In this document: one piece after another, positions 63,559-64,000 of the stretch | Layout: every line of letters starts with the position of its first letter | How positions within the stretch are numbered: the first letter of the stretch is position 1 | DNA from: Psilocybe cubensis | Taxonomy: Eukaryota | NCBI GenBank assembly: GCA_017499595.2 | Contig: CM039005.1 | Span: 310,001 to 374,000, forward strand | Length of the DNA: 64,000 nucleotides | Reading direction: 5' to 3' | Translations under genes and position numbers: made by a program | Notes under the pieces: model-generated | Seen by the model: only the letters and a program-made list of their open reading frames with translations | Databases searched by the model: none | Told to the model about the DNA's origin: nothing

Positions 63559-64000
63559 TTATACACAACTGCAAGGCCTCGGTCGGCACTTTCCAGCTCG
63601 TCTAGAGCCCTGCAATTGGGGTATCAACATTTCAAGTTGAATATTGCCAAGAAACACTTTTAATTCTAAAGGTGACGTGAGAGCGCTCCAGGTCACCTTA
63701 CGTATGTCAACTGCGACGCCTACTGCACGTTCCACAGCATTTCCGGACGCCATTCGACAAAAACGGGGCTTAGAGACTAGAGGCAGTAATGGAAAGACAG
63801 GCACACGGAGTCAAAAATAGCGTGCCAAGTGCTTTCCGGGGCCATGTGCGCATAAAATAGATACATACCAGGGCAGAAGGGGCAGTTAGGGCGCTCCAAG
63901 CTTTTGACCCTACAATATTGGAGATCCCTAACATTTTCTTCTTCAAAAGTAGGCACAGCGGGGATATTGGTGGAGCACACGACAGTAACTTTAGGAAGAA
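63559..64000 (-). CDS. Possible exon fragments of a gene entering from the window end
   Basis: Open frame ...LERPNCPFCP then an intron-like GTATGT...CTAG segment, continuing SKPRFCRMASG...; no family recognised. Confidence 0.2.

Noticed and set aside
1-64000. CRISPR arrays, rRNA or tRNA genes, prokaryote-type systems
   Set aside because: None seen; the window is eukaryotic and its repeats are inverted TE arms or microsatellites, not repeat-spacer arrays.

Overview
Eukaryotic, intron-rich fungal DNA. Short 50-65 nt GT-AG introns, microexons and the Tsp2, DUF6699-like and HsbA families point to a basidiomycete, probably an Agaricomycete. Recognisable genes are a P1B copper ATPase (partial), Vps68, an F-box-like protein, HsbA, four intronless DUF6699-like paralogues, a Mup1-like amino-acid permease, a divergent MFS/cytochrome P450 pair, a Tsp2 tetraspanin with a large RE/RD repeat, a DHTKD1-like 2-oxoacid dehydrogenase E1, a type-I membrane protein, a 7-exon Cys-rich secreted protein that the ORF track mostly misses, and a plasma-membrane H+-ATPase. 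The most unusual region is a transposon island at about 38.6-44.8 kb. It holds a frameshifted F-box pseudogene and a 670-bp near-perfect foldback element with CACTG ends and a 3-bp target-site duplication (TSD). It also holds a Ty3/gypsy remnant with an 11-nt Tf1-type self-priming site. A solo LTR of the same family has inserted in reverse orientation 35 bp behind that remnant's 5' LTR. This creates a ~920-bp hairpin with converging promoters inside a 2.2-kb stretch with no CpG. Gene models were assembled by eye and their boundaries are approximate.
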